DNA of 50,499 nt, taken from positions 1 through 50,499 of the forward strand of contig PEYW01000006.1 in assembly GCA_002774225.1 (NCBI GenBank), in the 5' to 3' direction. Position 1 is the first letter of the stretch; each line of letters begins with the position of its first letter. The notes under the pieces were generated by a model. The model worked only from the letters and a program-made list of their open reading frames with translations, did no database searches and was not told the DNA's origin. The position numbers and the translations under genes are program-made. Positions 7,419 to 18,145 of the stretch are shown piece after piece. The stretch is from a candidate division WWE3 bacterium CG08_land_8_20_14_0_20_43_13 (GTDB taxonomy: Bacteria > Patescibacteriota > WWE3 > PEYW01).

Positions 7419-7760
7419 ATGCCTGCTGTTTTTGTGAATGATCAGAATCGTCTTGAGATTAAACAGGCATTGTGTGATTTGGCTCTCCCACCGGTATTTT
7501 GTCGCGCTATTTGCGCCCTAATCCAGCACCAAGTCCTTTCTTGTCCTGGAAAGACGGTTAAGCACGCATATAACTGTCGGCAAGTGGGGTTGCCGGTGGA
7601 GTTTGATGAATTGTACGCTTTTCTTGATAAACTAACCCGTTGTCTAGCGGATTTAGGTATTACCTCGACAATCTCTTTTGTATTTTTTATTAATGGGAAT
7701 CCGCAATCTGATGAGGGGGCGGTTGAGTTTGAGTTCGCGTATACCGGTCTTTGTGATTGA
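7419..7760 (+). CDS. Hypothetical Cys-containing protein (orphan)
   Basis: Canonical RBS AAAGGAGG lies 7 nt upstream of the ATG. A rho-independent terminator follows. No known motif. Confidence 0.55.
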   Translation: MPAVFVNDQNRLEIKQALCDLALPPVFCRAICALIQHQVLSCPGKTVKHAYNCRQVGLPVEFDELYAFLDKLTRCLADLGITSTISFVFFINGNPQSDEGAVEFEFAYTGLCD

Positions 7761-7780
7761 GTTTCTTTTTGTTTGTTTTA

Positions 7781-7820
7781 GACCGGAGCGGCACTATCGC
7801 TTGCCTCTCCGGTTTTTTTT
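7781..7820 (+). terminator. Rho-independent terminator
   Basis: GACCGGAGCGGC...GCCTCTCCGGT forms a stem followed by a T8 run. Confidence 0.7.
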
Positions 7821-7993
7821 GACTGGTTGGTTAGTGAAGCGAACGAAGTGAGCTGAACTTACCAACCATCAATCCTGCCGTAGCTTGAGCGATAGCGAAA
7901 GCGGAGGCGGATGATTGCTAAACGATCCCGCCTGTGGCGGGAGAGCTTACCAACCATCAACCCGCCAAAGGCGGGTGAAGAATCTCATCACTA
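7821..7993. repeat. Structured intergenic block with a 15-nt direct repeat and several hairpins
   Basis: CTTACCAACCATCAA occurs at 7858-7872 and 7946-7960. Inverted partner TGGTTGGTTAGT lies at 7824-7835. Hairpins are TCCCGCC-TGT-GGCGGGA (7926-7942) and CCCGCC-AAA-GGCGGG (7961-7975). Confidence 0.5.
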
Positions 7994-9424
7994 TTAGTTG
8001 GTTGGCGGGTTGCCAGCTATTTTTGGTAAGTTTTTAACTGTTTCCCACTGGCTGAATTTTGATCCGTCAGCTTTAATAAAGGCGAAGTTATCGTACTGAT
8101 CATATTTTAGGATAAAGGGAGTTGCCGCCGCTACGCGGTTATCTGGTCCCCAGACTTGGGTAAAAGCGATGCGGTAATACTCGGCCACAGTTTGTTGGTT
8201 AAACCAGTTATTAACGGTGATTGCTCCTTCAGCATGAGGCCAGCCGGTTTCCGTTATAAAGACCGGCAACCCTCCGGCGCCGTATTTGGCCAAAATTTTT
8301 AATTCCCACTTGTAGGAACCCATGGTATTTCTTCCAGCCTCCCAATCTTTTTCTCCGGAAACGCGGCTATCGAGCGGGTGTCCGCGGTAGCCGGGGTGGG
8401 GGTAGCAATGGCTCGCCCAGCCATCTAGCTTACTAAATATTCCCGGTACTGCTTGGTTCATTCTTTCAAGAAACTGGTCTTCGCTTAGATAGCAGGTATC
8501 TACTCCAAGATCGGTATGTACGCATATTCGCGGATAATTTGGCCCAGAGGCGGCGGAGGCGTTAAAGGGGCCGTTTAGCACAAAAAACTCGCTGCTTTTG
8601 GTTTTTAATTGGTCAATAAGAAAATTTAACGAGCGGGCGTATCCTTCCGGATCAATCGTTCCTCCCCAATACTCATCAGCGTTAACCTCGTTGAATGCTG
8701 ATATTACTCTTATTTTGGTAGGCCATCCCAAACTGGCCAAAAAATCGGCTGCTTGAGCAAGCTGGTCGTCGGTAGGGATGTTTCCATCGTTCATTAATTG
8801 GATAATGGGTATAATGTGTTTTTCCTTGCACTTGGCAAAGACCTCATTCCACCAACTAGTATCGCGGTTATTAATATGCCAGGTCATGGTGGCCCAGCCC
8901 CAATCCCCGCCATTTGAATTGACTAACTCGGCCGCCAGTTCAATTTGATCCGGTCCGGAAAAGAGATGAACTCCGTATTTATTGTTGGCAAATCCCAATT
9001 TATTGTTAGCCGGAGCACTGGCTGGATTGCTTGTCTGGGCTGGAGTTGGACTGGGGGTTGGTGTATCTGTTGGGTTGGGGGTGCCTGTCGGGCTGGCGGT
9101 CGGCTTGGCAAGTTTTTCTGGTTCCTCAATCTGGAGTTGAGCGGAAGCGCTTGAGGCCAAATCATCACGGGCGTTGCTGAACTCCCAGGCGGAGATTATT
9201 TCCGGATGTTCCTTGGTGTTACTGGACGCGGTTCTCTGTATTAAAAGCCAAGTTCCGGTTACCAACAAGGGAATTATTAGCAGGCTGGTGATGACTAAGA
9301 GGTAATTCCAGTCCGGCGCTGTTTTTTTAACCACTAGTGAAGATTCCATTGGCCCATTAGCGAGTTTTTCTTCACTGGCGATGTTTTGACTATCGCTTGC
9401 TAAATTTTGATCCATGGTTTGCAT
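7994..9424 (-). CDS. Membrane-anchored extracytoplasmic glycoside hydrolase-like protein (clan GH-A TIM-barrel type) with a Pro/Thr-rich linker
   Basis: N-terminal TM helix WNYLLVITSLLIIPLLVTGTWLLI. Linker PTASPTGTPNPTDTPTPSPTPAQTSNPASAP. FNEVNADEYWGG is an NE acid/base-like motif and VFITETGWPHAEG is an ETGW nucleophile-like motif. Confidence 0.6.
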   Translation of the reverse strand: MQTMDQNLASDSQNIASEEKLANGPMESSLVVKKTAPDWNYLLVITSLLIIPLLVTGTWLLIQRTASSNTKEHPEIISAWEFSNARDDLASSASAQLQIEEPEKLAKPTASPTGTPNPTDTPTPSPTPAQTSNPASAPANNKLGFANNKYGVHLFSGPDQIELAAELVNSNGGDWGWATMTWHINNRDTSWWNEVFAKCKEKHIIPIIQLMNDGNIPTDDQLAQAADFLASLGWPTKIRVISAFNEVNADEYWGGTIDPEGYARSLNFLIDQLKTKSSEFFVLNGPFNASAASGPNYPRICVHTDLGVDTCYLSEDQFLERMNQAVPGIFSKLDGWASHCYPHPGYRGHPLDSRVSGEKDWEAGRNTMGSYKWELKILAKYGAGGLPVFITETGWPHAEGAITVNNWFNQQTVAEYYRIAFTQVWGPDNRVAAATPFILKYDQYDNFAFIKADGSKFSQWETVKNLPKIAGNPPTN

Positions 9425-9513
9425 TCTACCATTATAGTAAGGTATAATTTAACCCCAAGGAGTTAAGCGGCATTGATTTGGAGTTTGAGTATTTCGGAAA
9501 GGAGACAGAAAGA

Positions 9514-9726
9514 ATGAGATGGTTTATTGTTAGGAGACGGTGCTTTTTTGCTTGGAGCAGCCTCGTTCTGATGCTCGCTGTTATGGCGGCATTTAATTTT
9601 ATTCCCTGGTGGCTGCCGCTGGTTTTTCTTTGCTTGTTTGTTTTTATCGGGCTGATATGGCTCTATATCACCCGGCCTCACAAGGTACCGCCTCCAAAGA
9701 TAGATCAGAGTTATTTTGATAAGTAG
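9514..9726 (+). CDS. Hypothetical small membrane protein
   Basis: ATG 9514 is preceded by AAAGGAGA. Two hydrophobic helices. A strong hairpin follows. Confidence 0.45.
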   Translation: MRWFIVRRRCFFAWSSLVLMLAVMAAFNFIPWWLPLVFLCLFVFIGLIWLYITRPHKVPPPKIDQSYFDK

Positions 9727-9753
9727 AAGTGGTGGTTTAACTTTTTATCGCTT

Positions 9754-9790
9754 GGCGCAAGAAGCAACAATGTTTGTTGCTTCTTGCGCC
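9754..9790 (+). terminator. 17-bp perfect hairpin between convergent genes (terminator)
   Basis: GGCGCAAGAAGCAACAA-TGT-TTGTTGCTTCTTGCGCC is followed by CTTTTCTTT on the + strand. It sits between 9514..9726(+) and trxA(-). Confidence 0.7.
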
Positions 9791-9802
9791 CTTTTCTTTG
9801 CT

Positions 9803-10120
9803 CTAAAGGTATTTTTCCACTTCTTCTTTTAGCGCTTGTTTTGATCGCGCACCCATAAACCGGTAAATTTCTTGGCCTTTCTTAAAAATAATGAATGCCG
9901 GGATGCTTAAAATGTTAAACCGGGAAGCGGTATTGGGGTTTTGATCCACTTCCAGCTTGCCTACTTTGAATTTGCCTTCGGTTTCAATGGCTAACTGTTC
10001 TACCAGCGGCGCCATCATTTGGCAAGGGCCGCACCAGCTTGCCCAAAAATCAACCAGGAAAACTCCTTCATTTTGAGTTACTTCTCGTTCAAAATTGCTG
10101 TCGGTTAGGGTAATGGACAT
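9803..10120 (-). CDS. trxA: Thioredoxin
   Basis: WASWCGPCQMMAP active site. 105 aa. Typical thioredoxin layout. Confidence 0.9.
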   Translation of the reverse strand: MSITLTDSNFEREVTQNEGVFLVDFWASWCGPCQMMAPLVEQLAIETEGKFKVGKLEVDQNPNTASRFNILSIPAFIIFKKGQEIYRFMGARSKQALKEEVEKYL

Positions 10121-10144
10121 ATTATGAAAAAATAAATAAAATTT

Positions 10145-12088
<1,944 letters not shown>

Positions 12089-12120
12089 TTAGGAATAATT
12101 ACTTGGCTAGTATAGCACAG

Positions 12121-12690
12121 CTAATGCCTCCTCTTTTTTGAGTGTTTTATCACTAACTGCCTAACAAGTTTTTTGATTGGTTTTTTTCTTTTTTCTTTCC
12201 CCGACAGTTTACCTTCTGTTGGTGGAGTCTTTTCTTTTTGCTCTTCTTGAGAAACTTTTGCTTTTTCGGCCATTTCTGTTTCGGACAATGGTGATTTGCA
12301 TGGCGCTTTAAAGTTATCATCTTCATAAAGGCAGCAGCAGCGGACCTTTCCGCAATAGCCAACCTCCCCGCCATTTGGACAATGATTTGCTTCTTCCACT
12401 GGCGCGTTTAGCCATAACTTACAACAAACAATTCTTCCGCAAGGACCCAAACCACCAATTACGGTAGTCGCTTCCCGACTGGAAACCTGCATTAACATTA
12501 TTTTTTGATTATAAATTTTGTTTAGGTCTTTAACGATTTCCCTAAAATCTAACCTTTGTCCGCAGGCAAAGTAAAAGGTAGGTTTGTCTTCCCAGCCTCG
12601 CTCCTCAAAACGCAAAAACTTCATAGGCAGTTGATACTTTCTTGCCAGTTCTTGAGCCTGCTTTATCTCACGGTTTTCTTTTTGGCTCAT
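12121..12690 (-). CDS. PSP1 domain protein (YaaT/RicT-like)
   Basis: LRFEERGWEDKPTFYFACGQRLDFREIVKDL...GGLGPCGRIVCCKLWL is PSP1-like. It overlaps the upstream holB stop (ATGA), reproducing the Bacillus holB-yaaT synteny. Confidence 0.8.
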   Translation of the reverse strand: MSQKENREIKQAQELARKYQLPMKFLRFEERGWEDKPTFYFACGQRLDFREIVKDLNKIYNQKIMLMQVSSREATTVIGGLGPCGRIVCCKLWLNAPVEEANHCPNGGEVGYCGKVRCCCLYEDDNFKAPCKSPLSETEMAEKAKVSQEEQKEKTPPTEGKLSGKEKRKKPIKKLVRQLVIKHSKKRRH

Positions 12691-13418
12691 AAATTTTTTT
12701 TACAACGAATGGCAATAAAAAACGCGTCAAGTAAAAGTCTAGGCGACGCCTGACTCTGTAATCTCTCCTCCATAAGATAGAGTTTTTCGATGGCTGTTAC
12801 AATTCTATCCGTTTCACTGGTGTTCAGCCCTCTAATCTTTTTTCTTAAAATTGCTAACCACCACCCAACCTTTTCTCGCAATTGATTTTTGTTCTCCACT
12901 AACTTGGCATTTTTTTCCAGCCAGTCTAAACTGAAAGCCAAATTACTTTCCCACAAGGCGTTAAATTCGTTTTCAATGGACTGATCAATCGGTTGTGCGC
13001 TTGATTTTACTTTAATTTGGTGGCAACGGGAAGCGATGGTCGGCAAAACTGTTTTGGGATGCGGGCAGGTGATTACGATAGCGGCATGCTCCGGCGGCTC
13101 TTCCAAAGTTTTTAGCAGGCAATTCTGCGCTTGGTGGGTAGCTTGGTTGAATTCTGCGATCATTAGAACTTTATTTAATGTATTTTTGCTCGGCTGAAGT
13201 TGCAGGTTTGTTATACTCTCTCTTATTTGCTCTATGCTTATTTCTTTCTCATCATCACTTTTAGTTAATTCCACAAGGTCGGCTGTTTTTTTTGCGTTTT
13301 CCAAATCTTGCTCTTTTTGGCCAAAAATAAGGATCCCTGCCAGCTCGTAAGCCTTTTGGCGCCGTTGTTGCTGGGTGCCTCCCGTTATCATTAAAGATTT
13401 CACCCCCTTGTTGTTCAT
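12687..13418 (-). CDS. holB: DNA polymerase III subunit delta-prime
   Basis: Carries QNCLLKTLEEPPEHAAIVITC and the TIASRCHQIK sensor region. Short form. Confidence 0.8.
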   Translation of the reverse strand: MNNKGVKSLMITGGTQQQRRQKAYELAGILIFGQKEQDLENAKKTADLVELTKSDDEKEISIEQIRESITNLQLQPSKNTLNKVLMIAEFNQATHQAQNCLLKTLEEPPEHAAIVITCPHPKTVLPTIASRCHQIKVKSSAQPIDQSIENEFNALWESNLAFSLDWLEKNAKLVENKNQLREKVGWWLAILRKKIRGLNTSETDRIVTAIEKLYLMEERLQSQASPRLLLDAFFIAIRCKKNL

Positions 13419-13459
13419 ATATTGCTTATGATACCATAAACCGTGTAACTTTCCTGCCT

Positions 13460-15283
13460 ATGAAGCCTCAAAGCCAAAAAGGAATTGAAGATATTCTTAG
13501 CGAAAAAGGCCTGCTGACGGCTGACCAGCTATCCGCTGTAAAATTTGAGAGTATTAACAGCGGTCAGCCAGTGGAGAAAATTTTGCTTGATCGCGGGTAT
13601 GTTGATTCAGTTGAATTAGTTAAGGCGCGCGGCGATCTTTTTGGCATTCCTTTTGTTCAGCTTTCCACTAAAGTCATAACCCCCGAAATTCTCGACTATG
13701 TTCCTGAACCAGTCGCCCGTAAATATAGCTTAATACCTTTTGGCCAAGAAAAAGGCAGCTTATTGGTAGCGATGGAAGACCCGCTTGATTTGCAGGTGGC
13801 AGAGTTTCTAGAAAAACGCACTGGTTTAAGAGTTTCTCCGTATATCGCTCAAACGGAAGATATTTTGCAGGCGATTGAGTCACAGTATGGCAAATCAATT
13901 GGTACCGAGGTAACGGCGGCGCTAGAGGAAGTGGGTTCCGACACAACAAGAATAGAAGAGCAAATTAGGGATATAAATAAAGCTGAAGAAACCATTCGCG
14001 ACGCGCCGGTAGCCAGAATTGTGAGCGCTATTTTAGAGTACGCCGTTAAATCTCGCGCCTCTGATGTCCACATTGAGCCTCAAGAAGAACGTTCTCGGGT
14101 GCGCTATCGTATTGACGGTATTTTGCAGGAACGGCTCACACTGCCTAAAAACGTACACCCCTCGGTTTGCGCTAGGATAAAAATTCTCTCTAATTTAAAA
14201 ATAGACGAGCGCCGTATTCCCCAGGACGGCCGTTTTAAAGTTCAGGTTGGCGATACCAAAACAGATTTGCGTGTTTCTACTCTACCAACAATATTTGGCG
14301 AAAAAGTTGTTATTCGTCTCCTCAAAGAACAGAGTAAGGTTCTTAATTTTGACGATTTGGGTTTGCGAGGCACTTCCCTTAAAAGAGTTAAAGAAGCAAT
14401 AGAACTGCCTGACGGGATTGTCCTCGTTACCGGTCCTACTGGTTCCGGTAAAACTGTTACTTTGGCGACTTGTTTAACTAAATGCAACACTATTGGTGTT
14501 AATATAATTACTTTGGAAGACCCGGTGGAAATTCGTGTCCCCGGAGTTAATCAGGTGCAAATAAACCCGCAAGCGGGATTGACTTTTGCCTCCGGTTTAC
14601 GCGCTATTCTGCGGCAAGACCCTAATATCGTAATGGTGGGGGAAATCCGTGACGAAGAGACGGCCCATTTGGCAATTCACGCCGCTTTAACCGGTCACTT
14701 AGTCTTGTCTACCTTACATACCAATAGCTCGGCTGGCGCTATTCCTCGTTTAATTGATATGGGCGCCGAGCCTTTTTTGATTGGTTCAACTGTTAGCATT
14801 GTAATTGCGCAACGTTTGGTAAGAAAAATTTGTCCGCACTGCAAAAAAGAATACCCCGCCCCCGAGGAAATAATTGTGGAAGCCAAGGAAATATTGGGTC
14901 CCCTCTTTCCGTCAAAAAATAATGGCAATGTCAGCTTTTTTAAGGGAGCGGGTTGTGAAAGGTGCGATAAATCTGGTTATGCTGGCCGGCTTGGTATTTT
15001 TGAAGTGCTCAAGATGAGTGACTCTGTTCGTAAGCTTACTTTGGAGAAACAGCCTGAATCATTAATAGCTGAAACAGCTATAAAGGAAGGGATGCTTACT
15101 TTGCTCCAAGACGGCTATCTTAAGGTTTTAGAAGGACTCACCACTCTTGAGGAAGTTATGCGAGTGGCCCAGGATTCAGATGATAAACAAGAGGAGTTGT
15201 TTTCAGGAGTTGCTACCAATAAATCGCAAAAGCCAGCTAATGATGACTTTGAGTTGGCTAAAAAGAAACCAGTATTAAAATGA
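13460..15283 (+). CDS. pilB: Type IV pilus assembly ATPase PilB (GspE family)
   Basis: N-terminal GSPII_E_N-like domain. Walker A is GPTGSGKT, with EDPVE, GEIRDEETA and TGHLVLSTLHTN. Tetracysteine motif CPHC...CERC. Confidence 0.93.
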   Translation: MKPQSQKGIEDILSEKGLLTADQLSAVKFESINSGQPVEKILLDRGYVDSVELVKARGDLFGIPFVQLSTKVITPEILDYVPEPVARKYSLIPFGQEKGSLLVAMEDPLDLQVAEFLEKRTGLRVSPYIAQTEDILQAIESQYGKSIGTEVTAALEEVGSDTTRIEEQIRDINKAEETIRDAPVARIVSAILEYAVKSRASDVHIEPQEERSRVRYRIDGILQERLTLPKNVHPSVCARIKILSNLKIDERRIPQDGRFKVQVGDTKTDLRVSTLPTIFGEKVVIRLLKEQSKVLNFDDLGLRGTSLKRVKEAIELPDGIVLVTGPTGSGKTVTLATCLTKCNTIGVNIITLEDPVEIRVPGVNQVQINPQAGLTFASGLRAILRQDPNIVMVGEIRDEETAHLAIHAALTGHLVLSTLHTNSSAGAIPRLIDMGAEPFLIGSTVSIVIAQRLVRKICPHCKKEYPAPEEIIVEAKEILGPLFPSKNNGNVSFFKGAGCERCDKSGYAGRLGIFEVLKMSDSVRKLTLEKQPESLIAETAIKEGMLTLLQDGYLKVLEGLTTLEEVMRVAQDSDDKQEELFSGVATNKSQKPANDDFELAKKKPVLK

Positions 15284-15308
15284 TGTTAGTTAGTTTACAA
15301 TAATTATT

Positions 15309-16373
15309 ATGACGATTAATGATCTTCTTGACTACACGATAGAGAAAAAAGCTTCCGATTTGCATTTAACCACTGGCGCTCCCCCTATTATTCGATCAGG
15401 AGGAGTGTTGGTTCCTGTTGCCGGTACCCATGCCCTTAAAAGTGAGCAGGTTGAGGAGTATGTCTTTCCTTTACTAAAACCTGAACAGAAGGAGATTTTA
15501 CTAATGAACAAAGAGATTGATTTTTCTTTCGCTTTTGGTGATAAGGCCCGTTTTCGTATTAATGCTTACCATCAACGGGGATATCTTTCCGCTGCCTTGC
15601 GTTGTATACCATATACTATTCCCACTATCGACGAGTTGGGTCTGCCAAAAATAATTTATGAATTTTGCAAACTTCCCCAGGGTTTTATTCTGGTAACCGG
15701 CCCAACCGGCCAGGGAAAATCTACCACTCTGGCGGCCATTATTGATGAAATTAACCAAACCCGTCCGGTCCACATTGTTACAATAGAAGACCCGATTGAG
15801 TATCTTTTTCCCAACAAAAAAGCTTTGGTTGAACAACGGGAAATGCATTTAGATACCCATGCTTGGGATATTGCCTTGCGCAGTGTTTTGCGGCAAGATC
15901 CAGATGTGGTTTTGGTTGGCGAAATGCGCGATTACGAAACTATATCTTCGGCGGTAACAGTAGCCGAGACTGGTCATTTGGTTTTTGCCACTTTACACAC
16001 CAACAGCGCCGCTCAAACTATTGACCGTATTGTTGATGTTTTTCCCGATCACCAGCAACAGCAAATCCGTGTCCAGCTCTCCGCTACTCTGGAAGGAGTA
16101 ATTTCTCAAAGACTGATTCCTAGTTTGGGTAGCGGTTTGGTGCCGGCGGTAGAAATTTTGCTGGCTACTCCGGCGGTGCGAAGCCTGATTCGTGACGGAA
16201 AAACTCATCAAATAGACAACATTATTGCCACTTCCTCTGATGTGGGGATGATCTCCTTGGAACGATCTTTGGCTAATTTGGTTAATCAGGGAAAAATATC
16301 AAAGGAGTCGGCAGTTAATAGGACGCTTAAGCCGGATATGCTGGAGCGGATGATCCGCCAAAAGGGTTCTTGA
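15309..16373 (+). CDS. pilT: Twitching-motility retraction ATPase PilT
   Basis: ASDLHL, GPTGQGKSTT, IEDPIEY, GEMRDYETI, TGHLVFATLHTN and the AIRNLIR-like AVRSLIRDGK. ~350 aa. Confidence 0.93.
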   Translation: MTINDLLDYTIEKKASDLHLTTGAPPIIRSGGVLVPVAGTHALKSEQVEEYVFPLLKPEQKEILLMNKEIDFSFAFGDKARFRINAYHQRGYLSAALRCIPYTIPTIDELGLPKIIYEFCKLPQGFILVTGPTGQGKSTTLAAIIDEINQTRPVHIVTIEDPIEYLFPNKKALVEQREMHLDTHAWDIALRSVLRQDPDVVLVGEMRDYETISSAVTVAETGHLVFATLHTNSAAQTIDRIVDVFPDHQQQQIRVQLSATLEGVISQRLIPSLGSGLVPAVEILLATPAVRSLIRDGKTHQIDNIIATSSDVGMISLERSLANLVNQGKISKESAVNRTLKPDMLERMIRQKGS

Positions 16374-16393
16374 TTAGTTATTAATCATTACCT

Positions 16394-17602
16394 GTGCCAA
16401 CTTTTAAATACCAAGCAAAAAATTATGAGAGTCAGGTAGTTTCCGGAGCGGTGGAGGCGGCTACCGAAAAGCACGCGGTAGGGGCTCTCAAAAACCGTGG
16501 TTTAGTTGTTACAGATATTCAAGAAGTGCGCGAAGGGGTAAGCCTCCGTTATTGGCTTAAGCGGTTTCAGGGCGTGTCCTCCTCCGAAAAGGCGGTTCTT
16601 ACTCGCCAACTTGCGACTATGATTAAAGCCGGCTTGCCTTTAGCCAGCTCATTGGAAATTCTTTCTCGTCAAACCCACAACCCCACTTTGCAAGAAGTAG
16701 TAAAAGAAGCTTTGCAAGATGTGGAGGGCGGGATGGCGCTGTCTGCCAGTTTTGCCAAGCATCCTAAAGTATTTTCTATAATGTTTGTAAATTTAGTTAA
16801 GGCGGGTGAGGCTTCTGGCTCGTTGGAAAAGGTTTTAGACCGTTTGGCGGTGAATATGGAATCTTCTAACGAATTTAAAGGTAAACTAAAGGGGGCGATG
16901 ATTTATCCGATTATTATTTTAATATTTATGGTCGCGGTAATGGTCCTGATGATTGTAATGGTTATTCCAAAGCTTACCGTAATGTACGAGGATGTGGGGG
17001 TGGAACTGCCTTTGTCCACGCGAGTATTGATTTGGCTGTCTGATTTCTTTATTCATAAATGGTGGCTGGCAATTTCTGTTATTGGCGGCGTCGTTTTTGC
17101 CGTGAGGTATTTTGCCCAGACAACTTACGGGCGCTATAAGATAGCCGCTGTAAAAACCAAGCTGCCTGTATTCGGCCGCTTATTTGTTGTTTCAGATTTA
17201 ACTGAATTTACCCGTACTTTATCTTTGCTTATTTCCGCCGGTTTGCCAATTTTGGATTCGTTGGAGATTGTGTGCGGTTCGGTTGACAATTTACATATGC
17301 AGGACGCGATTAAAGAATCTGCCGATGAGGTGGAGCGAGGTGCTCCTCTTTCTATTTCGTTAGCTAAGCACCGGGAATTTCCCGAAATTGTGGCGCAAAT
17401 GGTAGGGGTTGGCGAGGAGACCGGCAAGCTGGACGAGGTTTTGGATAATCTGTCTTATTTTTTTAGTACCGAGGCTGAACAGCGGGTTAAAAACTTAACG
17501 GTTGCTTTGGAGCCTATTATCATGGTGTTTTTGGGAGCGATGGTGGCGGCTCTTATTATCTCAATTGTTACGCCAATGTATAGCCTGATGCAGCAATTCT
17601 AG
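16394..17602 (+). CDS. pilC: Type IV pilus platform protein PilC (GspF family)
   Basis: Duplicated T2SSF domains and three TM segments. The N-terminus MPTFKYQAKN...G is typical. GTG start. Confidence 0.92.
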   Translation: MPTFKYQAKNYESQVVSGAVEAATEKHAVGALKNRGLVVTDIQEVREGVSLRYWLKRFQGVSSSEKAVLTRQLATMIKAGLPLASSLEILSRQTHNPTLQEVVKEALQDVEGGMALSASFAKHPKVFSIMFVNLVKAGEASGSLEKVLDRLAVNMESSNEFKGKLKGAMIYPIIILIFMVAVMVLMIVMVIPKLTVMYEDVGVELPLSTRVLIWLSDFFIHKWWLAISVIGGVVFAVRYFAQTTYGRYKIAAVKTKLPVFGRLFVVSDLTEFTRTLSLLISAGLPILDSLEIVCGSVDNLHMQDAIKESADEVERGAPLSISLAKHREFPEIVAQMVGVGEETGKLDEVLDNLSYFFSTEAEQRVKNLTVALEPIIMVFLGAMVAALIISIVTPMYSLMQQF

Positions 17603-17629
17603 GAAGGGAAATAATGGAATATAAAGGAT

Positions 17630-18037
17630 ATGACAGGAATAAAGGAAGGAAAAGGAAAAGAAGGAGTTTACGGTTATAAAAGGTTATTGGTTTGGGTGAG
17701 AGCTAAAGAGTTAGTTGTTTTAACATATAAAATAACAGAAAGATTTCCAAAATCGGAGACATACGGTTTGACTTCGCAAATTAGGCGGGCGGCGGTTTCA
17801 GTATGTGTGAATATAGCGGAAGGTTACTCTAGGCAAGCTAATTCCAAGAAAGATTACTTAAATTTTCTTAATATTGCGAAAGGATCACTTGTTGAATTAG
17901 AAGCTCTTTTAGATATATGCTCCGAGATATTGCCGAATATTGTCTTGTTAGATATGCTTGATTTTAGGAATAAAATAAAAGAAGTAGGATTCCTCCTTTA
18001 CAAACTAATTTTGGGGGTAAAGAATAGTATTAGCTAA
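17630..18037 (+). CDS. Four-helix-bundle protein of the 23S rRNA intervening-sequence protein family
   Basis: The family signature is LLVWVRAKELVVLTYKITERFPKSETYGLTSQIRRAAVSVCVNIAEGYSRQ...DYLNFLNIAKGSLVELEALL. Confidence 0.8.
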   Translation: MTGIKEGKGKEGVYGYKRLLVWVRAKELVVLTYKITERFPKSETYGLTSQIRRAAVSVCVNIAEGYSRQANSKKDYLNFLNIAKGSLVELEALLDICSEILPNIVLLDMLDFRNKIKEVGFLLYKLILGVKNSIS

Positions 18038-18145
18038 TATATGTTCCTGTCTACTTGTGATACTGCTTACTACAAAAACAGAGAATTAATTTCCTTTATA
18101 TCCTTTGTGTTCCTTCAATTCCTTTTTTCCGAAGGGGGGTGACAG

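Noticed and set aside
7858-7960. The 15-nt direct repeat considered as a CRISPR-like array.
   Set aside because: There are only two copies and the spacer is full of hairpins. No further repeats and no cas genes are in the window.
8923-9168. ORFs on both strands (8923-9168 minus, 8945-9154 plus) with Pro/Gln/Gly-rich translations.
   Set aside because: They lie within the Pro/Thr-rich linker-coding segment of the 7994..9424 CDS. Low-complexity DNA stays open in several frames.
15283-16373. Possibility of an alternative genetic code (UGA recoding, as in some CPR lineages).
   Set aside because: pilB and pilT both end at TGA exactly where homologues end. All conserved proteins read through without in-frame TGA.
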